Of a DNA stretch of 64,000 nucleotides, positions 49,918 through 60,429 are shown piece after piece. The notes beneath the pieces were generated by a model. It was not told the DNA's origin. It ran no database searches and saw only the letters and a list, made by a program, of their open reading frames with translations. The position numbers were made by a program, and so were the translations under genes. The stretch is from Candidatus Bathyarchaeota archaeon (GTDB lineage: Archaea > Thermoproteota > Bathyarchaeia > Bathyarchaeales > Bathycorpusculaceae). The DNA is taken from contig CAWHXY010000007.1 in NCBI GenBank assembly GCA_963833575.1, positions 288,001-352,000 on the forward strand. Direction: 5' to 3'. Positions within the stretch are counted from its first letter, which is position 1, and every line of letters starts with the position of its first letter.

Positions 49918-50034
49918 TCTAACTTATCATTTCCTAAACAAAAATCCCCTTAATTTTCCGTTTCTACTTCTAAATGTCAAAAATATGAACCCACGCATTA
50001 ACATAAGAAAGGACTGGTATGTAAAATATTTGAA

Positions 50035-50748
50035 TTAAATTCCTTTGTTTCCATATCGGTTACGGTGCGTGAAGTCTTCTATGTCCCGACGCACTCTGAG
50101 GTATTTGCTGGCGCCCGCAGGGTATCCTAAGCGGCATGTGTAAGCAATTTTAATGTAGTTTGGGATGCCTAAAAGTTTCTTTATCTCGGTTTCGACTGGC
50201 GGGGCAGAGAACGAGCTCAGAATTTGAAGACCAATACCCAAAGATTGTGCCATTAGCCACATGTTTTCCATTAGGCAGCCTAAACTTATGAAACCTAAAA
50301 TATCTCCTCGTGAGGCAGGTGCTCTCTTTCTAGAATCATAGGTAACGATGAGAAGTGTTGGGCTCCCTCGGATGGACTGGGTGAGCGGCATCGGTTCAGT
50401 CTTTTGGACTACTTCCGCCATTTTCTCAGGGTCAACCCAATCAGGAGGGAACATCGCGCCTAAAATTCCCGTTTTCTTTTTCAAAAGTTCCTCTTTGGAA
50501 AAGGAAAGTTGATCGTAATTCTCCCTTAAGAACTCCTCTGAAATTCGTGATTTGATGTTTCCTATTTTCTCCAGAACCGCTTTATCATCTATTATTACCG
50601 CATCGAAGTTTTGCATGTTGTGCGCTGTGGGCGTCCATCTTGCCGCTTCCAAAATCTGCTTCAAATCATCTTTTGACATTGGTCGATTAGGGTCGAAAGG
50701 CACCCGCGCTGATTGTCTTTCCTGGATAATTCTTAATAGTTCATTCAT
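50035..50748 (-). CDS. Nitroreductase family protein
   Basis: ERQSAR, ARWTPTAHNMQ, ENMWLMAQSLGIG, LGYP. Confidence 0.9.
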   Translation of the reverse strand: MNELLRIIQERQSARVPFDPNRPMSKDDLKQILEAARWTPTAHNMQNFDAVIIDDKAVLEKIGNIKSRISEEFLRENYDQLSFSKEELLKKKTGILGAMFPPDWVDPEKMAEVVQKTEPMPLTQSIRGSPTLLIVTYDSRKRAPASRGDILGFISLGCLMENMWLMAQSLGIGLQILSSFSAPPVETEIKKLLGIPNYIKIAYTCRLGYPAGASKYLRVRRDIEDFTHRNRYGNKGI

Positions 50749-50750
50749 TT

Positions 50751-51764
50751 TTAACCCTCACTGATTTTTAACACTGATCTAAAATGAACCTTCGCCGTCA
50801 TCATTCGATCGAAAGCAACTGCGGCTTGCTCAAGCGGGAACAACTCTACCATGGGGACGACATGTGTGAGGACACTAAATTTCAAAGTGTCGGCGGTGTT
50901 TCCTCCCACCCAACCACTTACTGAACGAACTGCGCGCATCAATTGGACAGACGATATCTGCATTGGCTCATTCACAAATGTAATAATTATCATTTGACCG
51001 TTTCGGGAAAGTCCTTCCACAAGATCTGAGATAGCTTTGCTATTGGGGGCTGTACAAAAGATGGCGCGTGCGCCTCCAAGCTTCATTAATTCTTCAGAAG
51101 GATCTACTTTATTGGCATCTATGTATATTTGCGCCCCCAGCTTTCGCGCTAATGCTTCTTTTTCGTTGCCACGAGATATCACTGCAGCTTTTAAGCCAAG
51201 TTTAACTGCAAACTGTAAGGCTAAGTGGCCTAATCCTCCAAAACCCTGAATTGCAATTAAGTCACCGCCTTTGACTGAACTGCTTTTCAACGCGCCGAGT
51301 GTGGTCGCGCCTGCACAAAGAAGAGGTGCAGCCTCCACTGAGCTAAGCTCGTCTGGGATAACAGTAAGTACTTCCATTCGAGCAACCATATACTCCGCGT
51401 ATCCCCCGTCAGTTGAGATGCCTGTAGCCAAAGGACTCTCACAAGCCCAAAACTCCCCTTTTAAACAGGAATTGCAGTGATAACAGTGCCCGCCGCGCCA
51501 TCCTACGCCGACTCTCTGACCAACCTTCCAATAGTGCGATTCAGAACCCAACTTGGCGATGGTACCGACAACTTCATGACCAGCCGTTCTGGGATATTGC
51601 AAGCCAGGAAAATAACCTTGCTTAACAATTGCATCTCCATGACAGACCCCGCAAGCATGTACCTTGAGAAGCACTTCGTGTTCTTTTGGCTCTGGAATTT
51701 CTTTCTGAACGAGCTCAAAATCAGCGCCTTGCGCTTTGACTTGTATTGCTTTCATTAATGTCAT
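50751..51764 (-). CDS. Zn-dependent alcohol dehydrogenase (MDR)
   Basis: CGVCHGD, GHEVVG, CYHCNSC...C, LLCAG, GFGGLG. Confidence 0.93.
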   Translation of the reverse strand: MTLMKAIQVKAQGADFELVQKEIPEPKEHEVLLKVHACGVCHGDAIVKQGYFPGLQYPRTAGHEVVGTIAKLGSESHYWKVGQRVGVGWRGGHCYHCNSCLKGEFWACESPLATGISTDGGYAEYMVARMEVLTVIPDELSSVEAAPLLCAGATTLGALKSSSVKGGDLIAIQGFGGLGHLALQFAVKLGLKAAVISRGNEKEALARKLGAQIYIDANKVDPSEELMKLGGARAIFCTAPNSKAISDLVEGLSRNGQMIIITFVNEPMQISSVQLMRAVRSVSGWVGGNTADTLKFSVLTHVVPMVELFPLEQAAVAFDRMMTAKVHFRSVLKISEG

Positions 51765-51859
51765 AAAATTTCACCTTTCTCTTTGAACAAATCAATGGAT
51801 ATAAATCTTATCAACAAAAAAATCCTGCATCAAAACAGGAAAATAAAATGTTTGATTGA

Positions 51860-52345
51860 CTAGTCGTGCATTAACACGATTTCTCCTGGAGCAAACCAAA
51901 TAGCCATATAAAATTGGATAACACGCCAACCGAAAAAATGCCGCAAATCTAAGAAACCCATCCTTCTAAAACGCATCAAGTTAAGAACCGATAAAGCAGC
52001 AACATTTCTTCTTTGTGTTGAAGCAAAAACCGCGATCACGTCCTTTTGCTTGAGATGTTGAACTGCGTTGCTCGTCAGTCTTGCTGCGAAGCCTTTTCCT
52101 CGGAAACTTGGGTGAACTGCAATCCACAATATGCAGCCATACTTTTTGTCGCCAATTTGAAAGTCAATAAGTTTAGCAAAACCGACAACAGTTCCATCTA
52201 TTTCGCTAACGAGTACATGTCCTTCTTCATTTAGGCTGTGAGCAGCGAAGAAGCGATAGAACTTTGGAAAAGAGAGGTCAATAATCTGCTTAACTTGGCT
52301 TTCGTCGTTTTGTGCCATTTGTCTTATGGTTAAGTCGGCGTCCAA
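51860..52345 (-). CDS. GNAT acetyltransferase
   Basis: IAVHPSFRGKGFA, NVAAL. Confidence 0.85.
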   Translation of the reverse strand: MDADLTIRQMAQNDESQVKQIIDLSFPKFYRFFAAHSLNEEGHVLVSEIDGTVVGFAKLIDFQIGDKKYGCILWIAVHPSFRGKGFAARLTSNAVQHLKQKDVIAVFASTQRRNVAALSVLNLMRFRRMGFLDLRHFFGWRVIQFYMAIWFAPGEIVLMHD

Positions 52346-52414
52346 AGAAGAGGCTCCTTTCTAAAGAAATTGTATAGATCGTTATTAAATGGTTGAGGCG
52401 AAAAAAACGCTTGG

Positions 52415-53566
52415 TTATATGGGAACGGGTGGTGGAGCTCCAATCGGGACTTCAGATTTTTTGTTTCGGGAAAAGATCAGGCTTGTGGACTTAACAATTT
52501 GGGGTACGCCTGCCAGATCTTCAAAAATTAGTAAACCGCGGGCCAGCAAAGCGAATGCGCCTGCTATTGGAGCAGCGACTCCAAGAAGCCCGAATATTCC
52601 AACAATACCAAATTCTTGTACGCCTATTCCAGCTGGAGTTATCGGTACGAAAGCTAAGGCAGTTACCAATGGGTGAATTAAGAAATATGCGATCCATGGT
52701 ATCTGTGTGATCCCTAAAGCAGTGCCCAAAAACCACCATTCAAAACCTTTTAGGATCCAACATGCGAGGGTTAAAATAACTATTTCCGGTATTGCTCTGC
52801 TTGTGCTGTTAGCGCTTACTTTATATTCTTCAAGTTTGCCCATTAAGCCGCCTGTAAATCTTTTAAGGTAACGGGAATTTGCAATTCGGTCAAATATTGA
52901 GATGGCTCTTTTGGACCATGTGAAGGCTGCAAGAATAATAGCTCCTGCCATCATTAAGCTAATTCCGAGTACTGCAATTAGTAATCCTACGTTTACTCCT
53001 ACGATTTGAGTGGGAAATATGTTGTTCCAGGTTTGTGTTGGCACAAACTCCACTAAGTAAATTATAGCGCCTACCCCGCCGACTACTTTGATTAGAAATT
53101 CAAATGTTTGAATGCCAAGAACGCTTGAGAGACTTTTTGATGTCGGCACATCCTGATCTCTGAGGTAAACTGGCGTGAGAATGTAGCCTGAACGCCCCGG
53201 CGTGACATCGCTAGTTAACATGCCGGCATACTGTGCAAGCAAAGTTTTTCCGAAAGATGTTTTTACTTCGTTTTTACTGAGTACCCGTCTTAGTCGCACT
53301 GTGAAAAGAAGGTTTATTCCAAAGTACATCAGAAAAGCGAGGAGCAAATATTCAATCTTTATTGTAAGAATTGTGGTGTAGATATAGTCAACACCTTTTA
53401 GAATTGTCGGTTCTCCGGGTTTGAAGGATGATGGAACAGTTGTCCCAATATAATAAAGTAGTCCGGCCAAAATCGCTACCATGAAGACAACTTCAAGACC
53501 AATCCTTAGTATTTGCCTTGAACGAGGCGATTTTTTCTTCTTGCTCGCTAAATCTGGAGTTGTCAA
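52415..53566 (-). CDS. Lysylphosphatidylglycerol-synthase TM / AglD2-like flippase-domain protein
   Basis: DVTPGRSG, VPITPAGIGVQE, multi-TM; start probably TTG 53566. Confidence 0.8.
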   Translation of the reverse strand: MTTPDLASKKKKSPRSRQILRIGLEVVFMVAILAGLLYYIGTTVPSSFKPGEPTILKGVDYIYTTILTIKIEYLLLAFLMYFGINLLFTVRLRRVLSKNEVKTSFGKTLLAQYAGMLTSDVTPGRSGYILTPVYLRDQDVPTSKSLSSVLGIQTFEFLIKVVGGVGAIIYLVEFVPTQTWNNIFPTQIVGVNVGLLIAVLGISLMMAGAIILAAFTWSKRAISIFDRIANSRYLKRFTGGLMGKLEEYKVSANSTSRAIPEIVILTLACWILKGFEWWFLGTALGITQIPWIAYFLIHPLVTALAFVPITPAGIGVQEFGIVGIFGLLGVAAPIAGAFALLARGLLIFEDLAGVPQIVKSTSLIFSRNKKSEVPIGAPPPVPI

Positions 53567-53651
53567 AGTGCATTCAACATCTATTTTGAATGTTAAATGT
53601 ATTGCGGAAAAACAAAACCAAATCAACAATCCATGGTTGCGAAAATTCCCG

Positions 53652-53846
53652 TTATGGTCTTACACATTCGGCTTTTGGTCTGGGTTGGCGTTTGGTTGTT
53701 CTTTTGCGGTTATGGTATTCGCATTCATTAATTCTTGTTAGCATCCATCCTTTATCTTGGTAGACGCATCCGCAGGGTAATCTTACTGTTTTTTGCCCTA
53801 AAGTTTTCTCTACGTTCTCTTTTGCATCAGCCATTCTTTCAGCCAT
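53652..53846 (-). CDS. Small basic Cys/His protein
   Basis: MAERMAD...LPCGCVY...CEYH; start ATG 53846, since the longer called ORF overlaps the neighbouring gene. Confidence 0.55.
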   Translation of the reverse strand: MAERMADAKENVEKTLGQKTVRLPCGCVYQDKGWMLTRINECEYHNRKRTTKRQPRPKAECVRP

Positions 53847-54034
53847 TAAAGTTTCATAGCGAAATCGTAATATTAACTTTAAGAATTTAGTTGTGAGAAT
53901 TCTATTAGAAGAAAAAAAATAGCTCGCGTTGAAATGAACAGTTACTAAAAGTGAGGAGCGCAAGAATTTTGATAAATATACCTTAAATCTATAATTCTTA
54001 AATACGCCAAAACTTCCTGTTAATGAGAGCCAAG

Positions 54035-54961
54035 ATGAAAATTCGACGCATTGCCGTTTGTTGCGCCATATTCCTAATGCTGTTAATGCTCCTTCCAATT
54101 TACAAAGTAAATTGCCAGAACTACGTTGAATATTCGGTTCAAATAAATAGCGATGGCTCAGCATTATGGAAAATAACTAGTTTCTCCGATGTTAATGCCT
54201 CTATAGATACCTTAAACACTTTTCAAAACAAAGTTTCAAACCTTGTCAATTCAGCGTCAGCTGCAACAAATCGAGATATGTCAGTAAATGAAGATTCACT
54301 GCAAATAAACACAACAATATCATCTGAATCTAAAACGACTGAATACTCTTTTCTATGGCAAAACTTCAGTATGATTCAAGGTAATCAGATAATTTTTGGT
54401 GATGTTTTCCAAGTTAGTGGTTTCTTTAGCCAACTTTATGGCGATGCTGCTCTAAAAATAAATTATCCATCAACGTTTAGCATTAAGTCAGTTACTCCTG
54501 CACCTTATCAACGTGATGATGCAGCTAAAATGTTGGACTGGGCTAGGACCCAGGACTTAGTTAATAGTCAAACAAACATTATTTTGACACAGACTTTTTT
54601 GAATAACTCCAATCAAAATGGGTGGCAACAATATATCATTATCATAGCTGTTGTAGCTGCTGTTAGTGTCACTTTATCTTTTGTAGGTCTCTACAGATTA
54701 AAACGACGCAAGCAATCACCTTCAACTACGGTGATTCCTGTTGAATTTGCGGAAGCAGAAACCGAGGAAGGCAAAATCTTGAAACTGCTCAAAACTTCAG
54801 GGGGCAGTGTCCGCCAGTCAGCAATTGTGGACCAATGTAGGTTTTCTAAAGCTAAAACAAGTCAGCTTTTGACTCTTTTAGAAAAAAAGGGTATTATAAC
54901 AAGGTATAAGAGGGGGAGAGACAAAATAGTGAATCTTACTGAACGGGAAAAAAGTGAATAA
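54035..54961 (+). CDS. Extracellular domain + TM + C-terminal winged-helix protein
   Basis: Signal peptide, beta-rich domain, TM, then EEGKILKLL...QSAIVDQCRFSKAKTSQLLTLLEKKG...GRDKIV. Confidence 0.82.
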   Translation: MKIRRIAVCCAIFLMLLMLLPIYKVNCQNYVEYSVQINSDGSALWKITSFSDVNASIDTLNTFQNKVSNLVNSASAATNRDMSVNEDSLQINTTISSESKTTEYSFLWQNFSMIQGNQIIFGDVFQVSGFFSQLYGDAALKINYPSTFSIKSVTPAPYQRDDAAKMLDWARTQDLVNSQTNIILTQTFLNNSNQNGWQQYIIIIAVVAAVSVTLSFVGLYRLKRRKQSPSTTVIPVEFAEAETEEGKILKLLKTSGGSVRQSAIVDQCRFSKAKTSQLLTLLEKKGIITRYKRGRDKIVNLTEREKSE

Positions 54962-55745
54962 AATGATGGCCCCGATCAAATTAAATTCAAATAAAGTTAT
55001 CGTTATTTTATTTTCTGCTGCACTTTTGTTTTGCTTTATTAGTGCCGTTTCAGCGCAATCAAGCACCGTAATGGACGCGCACGCATCTATCACTCAACCT
55101 ACCGTTGGCAGCTCCTTAACAGTTACTCTTACAATATCAAATGTCCAAAACCTCGCTGGCATAGATACTACTCTTACTTGGAATCCGTCAGTTCTTACTC
55201 TCACAAATAGTGTCCTTAACTTAGGAGATTCTCATTCTATTGGTGTCCTTCATGGAAGCAAACTAAATACCGATTCCAATAATCTAAATTCAGGCGACAT
55301 TTATGTTCAAGAAACAAAAGTTTCAGGCAGCTACCATCTCGTAGCACAGGCGATTGGGGCCTCAAACCCTGGGTTCACTGGAAGTGGAACAATAGTAACT
55401 CTTACCTTTAGCGTCGCTGTCTCGGGGTCCGCTGGTCTAAGTTTACTGACTGATCTGGCAGATCATCCTGCATCTGGATCAACCTCTAATCTGCTTGATC
55501 ATCAGGATACAGCTGATACAGTAACCGCAGTTGTTTCAGGTTCTTCAAGTACCCCAACTTCGGGATCATCGAGCACACCAACCCCTGCGACTCCAGAATT
55601 TCCAAACATAACCATACTAATTGTACTAATCGCCATCACAACAAGTGCAATGGCTCTTGTAGCAAAAAAGCTGAACAAAAACAATTTTGATCCAAATCCC
55701 TATTCTTTAGCGACTAATTCAACATTCGAAATACTTCTAAAATAG
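54954..55745 (+). CDS. Cohesin-like domain surface protein with PEF-type C-terminal sorting signal
   Basis: Signal peptide, ISNVQNLAGIDTTLTWNPSVL, GSGTIVTLTF, S/T/P linker, TPEFP + TM + KK. Confidence 0.8.
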   Translation: MNKMMAPIKLNSNKVIVILFSAALLFCFISAVSAQSSTVMDAHASITQPTVGSSLTVTLTISNVQNLAGIDTTLTWNPSVLTLTNSVLNLGDSHSIGVLHGSKLNTDSNNLNSGDIYVQETKVSGSYHLVAQAIGASNPGFTGSGTIVTLTFSVAVSGSAGLSLLTDLADHPASGSTSNLLDHQDTADTVTAVVSGSSSTPTSGSSSTPTPATPEFPNITILIVLIAITTSAMALVAKKLNKNNFDPNPYSLATNSTFEILLK

Positions 55746-55874
55746 TCAATGAAAACTCTTCATTCAATTCTGATATTCATGTATGCAGGAATTACCCAAA
55801 ATTTTTGAAGCGAAACACTTAAGTGTGGAGAATATGTAGTTTTGTCTTAGATTAAAACTAGGATGTAGAACCAA

Positions 55875-56435
55875 TTGGCTGTTGAAGGTTTTTTCGAAAA
55901 CAAAAAGACACCAGTAGAAGCAAAAGTCGGCGACTTAACCCCACAATCTAAAGCGGTTAACGTTACGGCCAAAGTAGTATCTAAAACAGAAGTTCGTGAA
56001 ATTCCAATGGGTCGAGACGGATCCGCACACAAAGTGAGTGATGCGCTCGTCGGAGATGAAACAGGAGTAGTTTACCTGACACTTTGGGATGACAACATTG
56101 AAAAAGTCAACGAAGGCGATACTGTCCGCGTAGAAAACGGTTATGTAACGCTGTTCAAAGGCAACATACGCTTAAACATCGGCAAATACGGCAAACTTGA
56201 ACCAGCAAAAGAACCACTTGCAGTAGAAGTTAACACAGAAAACAATGTTTCCAGCAAAACATACGAGCAAGAAAGACGCCCATTTAGAGGCGGACGAGGA
56301 TTCGGCGGCGGAGGATACGGCGGCGGCAGAGATAGACGAGGCGGCGGAGGATACGGCGGTGGCGGCGGCGGTTACGGTGGCGGTCGAGGTGGAGATCGTC
56401 GCGGTGGCGGCGGCGGTTACAGACCAAGATACTAA
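55875..56435 (+). CDS. ssb: Single-OB-fold ssDNA-binding protein with RGG/GY-rich tail
   Basis: VNVTAKV, VGDETGVVYLTLWD, LNIGKYG; Gly/Arg/Tyr tail. Confidence 0.88.
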   Translation: MAVEGFFENKKTPVEAKVGDLTPQSKAVNVTAKVVSKTEVREIPMGRDGSAHKVSDALVGDETGVVYLTLWDDNIEKVNEGDTVRVENGYVTLFKGNIRLNIGKYGKLEPAKEPLAVEVNTENNVSSKTYEQERRPFRGGRGFGGGGYGGGRDRRGGGGYGGGGGGYGGGRGGDRRGGGGGYRPRY

Positions 56436-56817
56436 ACGCTCAAACCTTAAATTAGAATTCCTTTTTTTGCTTTTTATCATTTCTAATAAAAAAAATCCAT
56501 TTCATTGTTTAACCCGCGTTTTTTGTGTATAAATTAAAAACTTTTGTTGATTATTTTTGACTTTTCTAACCTCTTATTGCCTTAATTTGCCTTTTACGGA
56601 CTTTTGTTGCCTCAACTTGCAGGAAACACAAGCCCTAAATTAAGAAGGCAATCTAAAACAAGCTGCTCAATTTTGCACCCAAAAAATTCAATCAATGGTA
56701 CTAACAGAAAAAATTCGAATTTTCTCATCATTGTTTTTTAGTAAATGAGATTTGCTAAATGGAACCTTTAAAATCATCTTTAGTATCTGTTTTCGCTTAA
56801 CAGGAGATCCAATTGTA

Positions 56818-58197
56818 ATGGTTGCCAAAAACAATGAAGCTAAACAAACTGTTGATGAATTACTTGCGAAAGCTAAAAAGCCAGCACGATTATCGCCTCC
56901 AATGCACAAGTTTTATGAAGGAAAACTGCAGGTTATCCCAAAGTGCGCCATTCGAAGTGTTGATGACTTTGCTATTTGGTACACTCCAGGTGTTGCTGCT
57001 CCATGCAAGATGATTCAAGCTGACCCAGACAAATCATTTGAACTTACTAACCGGTGGAATTATGTGGCAGTGGTTTCTGACGGAACACGGGTGCTGGGGT
57101 TAGGCGATATTGGTCCTGAAGCGGCATTGCCTGTGATGGAGGGTAAAGCACTCATATTCAAGTATCTGGGAGGAGTCGACGCATTTCCTATTTGTTTAAG
57201 AACCAAAGACCCTAATGAAATTGTTAATATTTGCAAGGCTCTTGAGCCATCTTTCGGCGGAATTAACCTTGAAGATATCGAGAAACCTAAATGCTTTCGC
57301 GTACTTGAAAATGCCAGAGAGCAACTGAATATTCCTGTCTGGCACGATGACCAGCAAGGAACAGCAACTGTAATCTTAGCTGGATTAATCAACGCATTCA
57401 AAATCGTAGGCAAAAAACCCCAAGAAAGCCTGATAACATTGGTAGGTTCAGGAGCAGCTAACATTAGAACAGCATATGTGCTTATGAAATGGGGGGTTAA
57501 ACCAGGCAACATCATACTGGTGGACAGCAAAGGCATAGTCTATGCTGGCAGAAGAGACATAACAAAAGAAGAAGACCCATGGAAATACGATGTCACACAA
57601 AAAACTAATGCTGAAGGCAGAACCGGTGACGTTGCAGACGCGTTCAAAGGAGTCGATGCAGTTGTCGCAGCTTCAAAACCAGGTCCTGACACCATCAAAA
57701 AAGAGTGGATACGAACCATGGCGCAAAACTCAATAGTCTTTGCATGTGCTAACCCAATACCTGAAATCTGGCCATGGGATGCTGAAGAAGCAGGAGCTCG
57801 AATTGTAGCGACCGGCAGAAGTGATTTTCCCAACCAAGTGAACAATAGCCTAGGCTTTCCAGGAATTTTCCGCGGAGTCTTAGACGTTAAAGCAAAAACT
57901 ATTACTGATGACATGTGCATTGCTGCCGCTCAGGAACTTGCAAGTTATGCTGAAGAAAGAGGCATTACCGAAAAGGATATTTTGCCTCGAATGGATGAGT
58001 GGGAAGTTTTTCCAAGGGAAGCTGTTGCATGTGCATTAAAGTCAATCGAGCAGGGTGTTGCGCGGGTGAAACCGAGTCGGGCAGAGTTATATGAGCGTTC
58101 ATCCGATATTATTCGAAATGCACGGCAGTCCACAGAATTATTGATGAAGCATGGCTTAATTAAGAAGCCTCCAGCAGAAAGCGATCTCCTAAAATAG
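56818..58197 (+). CDS. NAD(P)-dependent malic enzyme
   Basis: YTPGVA, DGTRVLGLG, INLEDI, HDDQQGTA, ANPIPE, QVNNSL; start ATG 56818. Confidence 0.93.
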   Translation: MVAKNNEAKQTVDELLAKAKKPARLSPPMHKFYEGKLQVIPKCAIRSVDDFAIWYTPGVAAPCKMIQADPDKSFELTNRWNYVAVVSDGTRVLGLGDIGPEAALPVMEGKALIFKYLGGVDAFPICLRTKDPNEIVNICKALEPSFGGINLEDIEKPKCFRVLENAREQLNIPVWHDDQQGTATVILAGLINAFKIVGKKPQESLITLVGSGAANIRTAYVLMKWGVKPGNIILVDSKGIVYAGRRDITKEEDPWKYDVTQKTNAEGRTGDVADAFKGVDAVVAASKPGPDTIKKEWIRTMAQNSIVFACANPIPEIWPWDAEEAGARIVATGRSDFPNQVNNSLGFPGIFRGVLDVKAKTITDDMCIAAAQELASYAEERGITEKDILPRMDEWEVFPREAVACALKSIEQGVARVKPSRAELYERSSDIIRNARQSTELLMKHGLIKKPPAESDLLK

Positions 58198-58299
58198 GTT
58201 TTACGCGTCCAAAATATTTTTCAATCAGTAGCAGATTTCAGCCAAAACCGTAACTAAGAATGGGATAAAAATACATAACAACTTGAAAACAAAAAAGAA

Positions 58300-58569
58300 T
58301 TAAAGAGGAGTTATTCTGACTATATTTCTCTTTTCGAGCCTTCGCAACGCATCTAAGCATTCATCTTTCTTTTCACCAGTGATGTTTAGGTTTAGCATTA
58401 TGTCTTTGACTGAAACTTCCGCTTTCCCAAAGTTTTCATTTCGCTTATAGAGGTGTCGGACAATTGATTTTTCCAGCTTACCGCATCGCCAAGTTGTGTT
58501 CCGCATTAAAATAACGATGGTTCGAACAAGTGTTTGCTCATTAGATTTTCTACCACGAGATTCTCCCAT
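58300..58569 (-). CDS. Small basic winged-helix-like protein
   Basis: VSVKDIM...CLDALRRLEKRNIVRI; GGGGAGAG RBS. Confidence 0.7.
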   Translation of the reverse strand: MGESRGRKSNEQTLVRTIVILMRNTTWRCGKLEKSIVRHLYKRNENFGKAEVSVKDIMLNLNITGEKKDECLDALRRLEKRNIVRITPL

Positions 58570-58668
58570 CTCTCCCCACCAATATAATCAACCTACTACA
58601 GGGTTTTTAAACGTTTGTTCCTTTTCCAAAAATCGCGTCTCAATTTGAGCTCGCTTGTTAATTTGTTT

Positions 58669-59118
58669 CTAGAGAATTTTTTTCAAATACAAGCCATGCG
58701 CTTTTCCATAATATTTTTCCAATCTGCCGATTTTTTGATATCCGCTGTTTTCGTAAAGTTTTAATGCAGCTGAGTTGTCTTCGCGAACTTCAAGGTGGCA
58801 TTCGCTTAAGCCTTTTTGTTTAAGAATAGCTTCTATTTCTTGCAACATCTTTCTTGCGATTCCTTTCTTTCGAAAAGCTGGTACAACGTTTATCGTTATT
58901 ATGTGTCCAAACAGTGTGTCATTTTCAATTTCTATCTGCGCTAATATGAAACCTGCTATTTCGCTGTCCAGTTTGGCAGCTAGGGCGATTGTATTGTAAT
59001 CTGATAATAAGTAGGCTATTTGCCGTTTGGTAAAGGCTTCCTGGTCAAAACACTGCTCTTCAATTTTGAATAACTTATCGAGTAATTTTACGGAAGCTGT
59101 CTCAATTCTTATTTCCAT
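58669..59118 (-). CDS. RimI-like N-acetyltransferase
   Basis: FRKKGIA, LEVREDNSAALKLY, KYYG; start ATG 59118. Confidence 0.9.
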   Translation of the reverse strand: MEIRIETASVKLLDKLFKIEEQCFDQEAFTKRQIAYLLSDYNTIALAAKLDSEIAGFILAQIEIENDTLFGHIITINVVPAFRKKGIARKMLQEIEAILKQKGLSECHLEVREDNSAALKLYENSGYQKIGRLEKYYGKAHGLYLKKIL

Positions 59119-59136
59119 TTTTTTCCTTAATAGCAA

Positions 59137-60216
59137 TTATAGCGGAGGATTAATTTTAGTTTTTTCTGTATTTGTTTCGCCTGAGATTGCAGGTTTCAGT
59201 TCAAGCCATTGTTGAGATACAAAGCCGATGAAGAAACGGAACCACAAAGTTATAATTCTTGTTAGGATGGTGGCAGTGGCAGCTAATGGTCCGTAAATAC
59301 CCATTGAAATGTAGAGTGTGGTCATTACGGCTTCTGGAAGACCAACCTCAAAGGGTACGCCTATTGGTATCGCTTTTACTGCTAAAAATATGGCTGAAGT
59401 GACAATAATTATGCTCAAAGAAACTGGGTGCCCTAGAGACAAAAACACAAGGTATGGAACACTTAAGCTGAAAAACCATGAAATAACCAAATAGAATATT
59501 GAACCTCCTATTGCCGTAGGAGAATGCTTGAACTCTTTCATTGCTTCGTGGAAATGCTCTGAAATTTCCACTGCTTCTTCTTTTAATTTTTCAGTCTTAA
59601 ATCTTCCAAACGTAATTTTATGCGCAAGATTTGCTAAGGAATTGATCACTTTTAATGTCCATTGCTGCTTGAAACCTAAAATAATCATTAAGCTCATTAT
59701 TGCAATTATTGCAACGGCCACTAGTATAATTGCATTGAAGACTAATGGGTTAACATTTCCACCAAAAGTAAGCAGAGTTATTCCCGCGACTAATGCAACA
59801 ACGTTTAGCGCCATCCCCAGAATTCTGTGAGTGTAAAGTGAGGCCACAACTTTTCCAAATGGACCACACTTATCTCTAGTGCACAAGTACGTGCGGGTTA
59901 CTTCTCCACTTATGGATTGCGCTGGGACGATAGTGTCAACATAGATTCCATACCAAACGTAAAGGTAGGCTCGGAAAAAGGGTATTTTAATGGACAAGTG
60001 GTTTGTTAATACTCGCCAAGAAAATGTGAAAAACAAAACATCCAACATGCCGAATATTATAGCTATTATGTAGATGGTAGGGTCAGCGCTTTTTGCGGTT
60101 GATAGAATGCCAATAATATCAACGTGAAAGAGGTAAATGTAGATGAAGAACCCAAATAGACCCAGTAGCGGGAATACGGCTGTTTTCCAACTTAGTTTTG
60201 GTCTAGTAGGTTGCAT
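59137..60216 (-). CDS. Second LPG-synthase-TM / flippase-domain protein
   Basis: VPAQSISGE, PFEVGLPE, TRIITLW, multi-TM. Confidence 0.8.
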   Translation of the reverse strand: MQPTRPKLSWKTAVFPLLGLFGFFIYIYLFHVDIIGILSTAKSADPTIYIIAIIFGMLDVLFFTFSWRVLTNHLSIKIPFFRAYLYVWYGIYVDTIVPAQSISGEVTRTYLCTRDKCGPFGKVVASLYTHRILGMALNVVALVAGITLLTFGGNVNPLVFNAIILVAVAIIAIMSLMIILGFKQQWTLKVINSLANLAHKITFGRFKTEKLKEEAVEISEHFHEAMKEFKHSPTAIGGSIFYLVISWFFSLSVPYLVFLSLGHPVSLSIIIVTSAIFLAVKAIPIGVPFEVGLPEAVMTTLYISMGIYGPLAATATILTRIITLWFRFFIGFVSQQWLELKPAISGETNTEKTKINPPL

Positions 60217-60429
60217 TTGGACTTGTTACTCCATTTTGAAGGGTGAGATACATTTATGCAATTATATACTTTACCCAAATCCAAACTCGCAATGACGAAT
60301 AAAAACTAATTACTCAACTATTTTCTGGTTACAAGAATGTTTGTAATTTCCTTATTGAATAACCAAGTTAATTTGTTAGTAACCTTTTAATTTACTCAAA
60401 GTACTAAGCATAAAAAAGGTTGACGCAAA

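Noticed and set aside
49918-52345. Integrated element downstream of tRNA-Tyr
   Set aside because: No integrase and no duplicated tRNA 3' end (att site) found in the window.
56285-56420. GGC-rich tandem repeats
   Set aside because: Fully explained by the Gly-rich SSB tail coding sequence.
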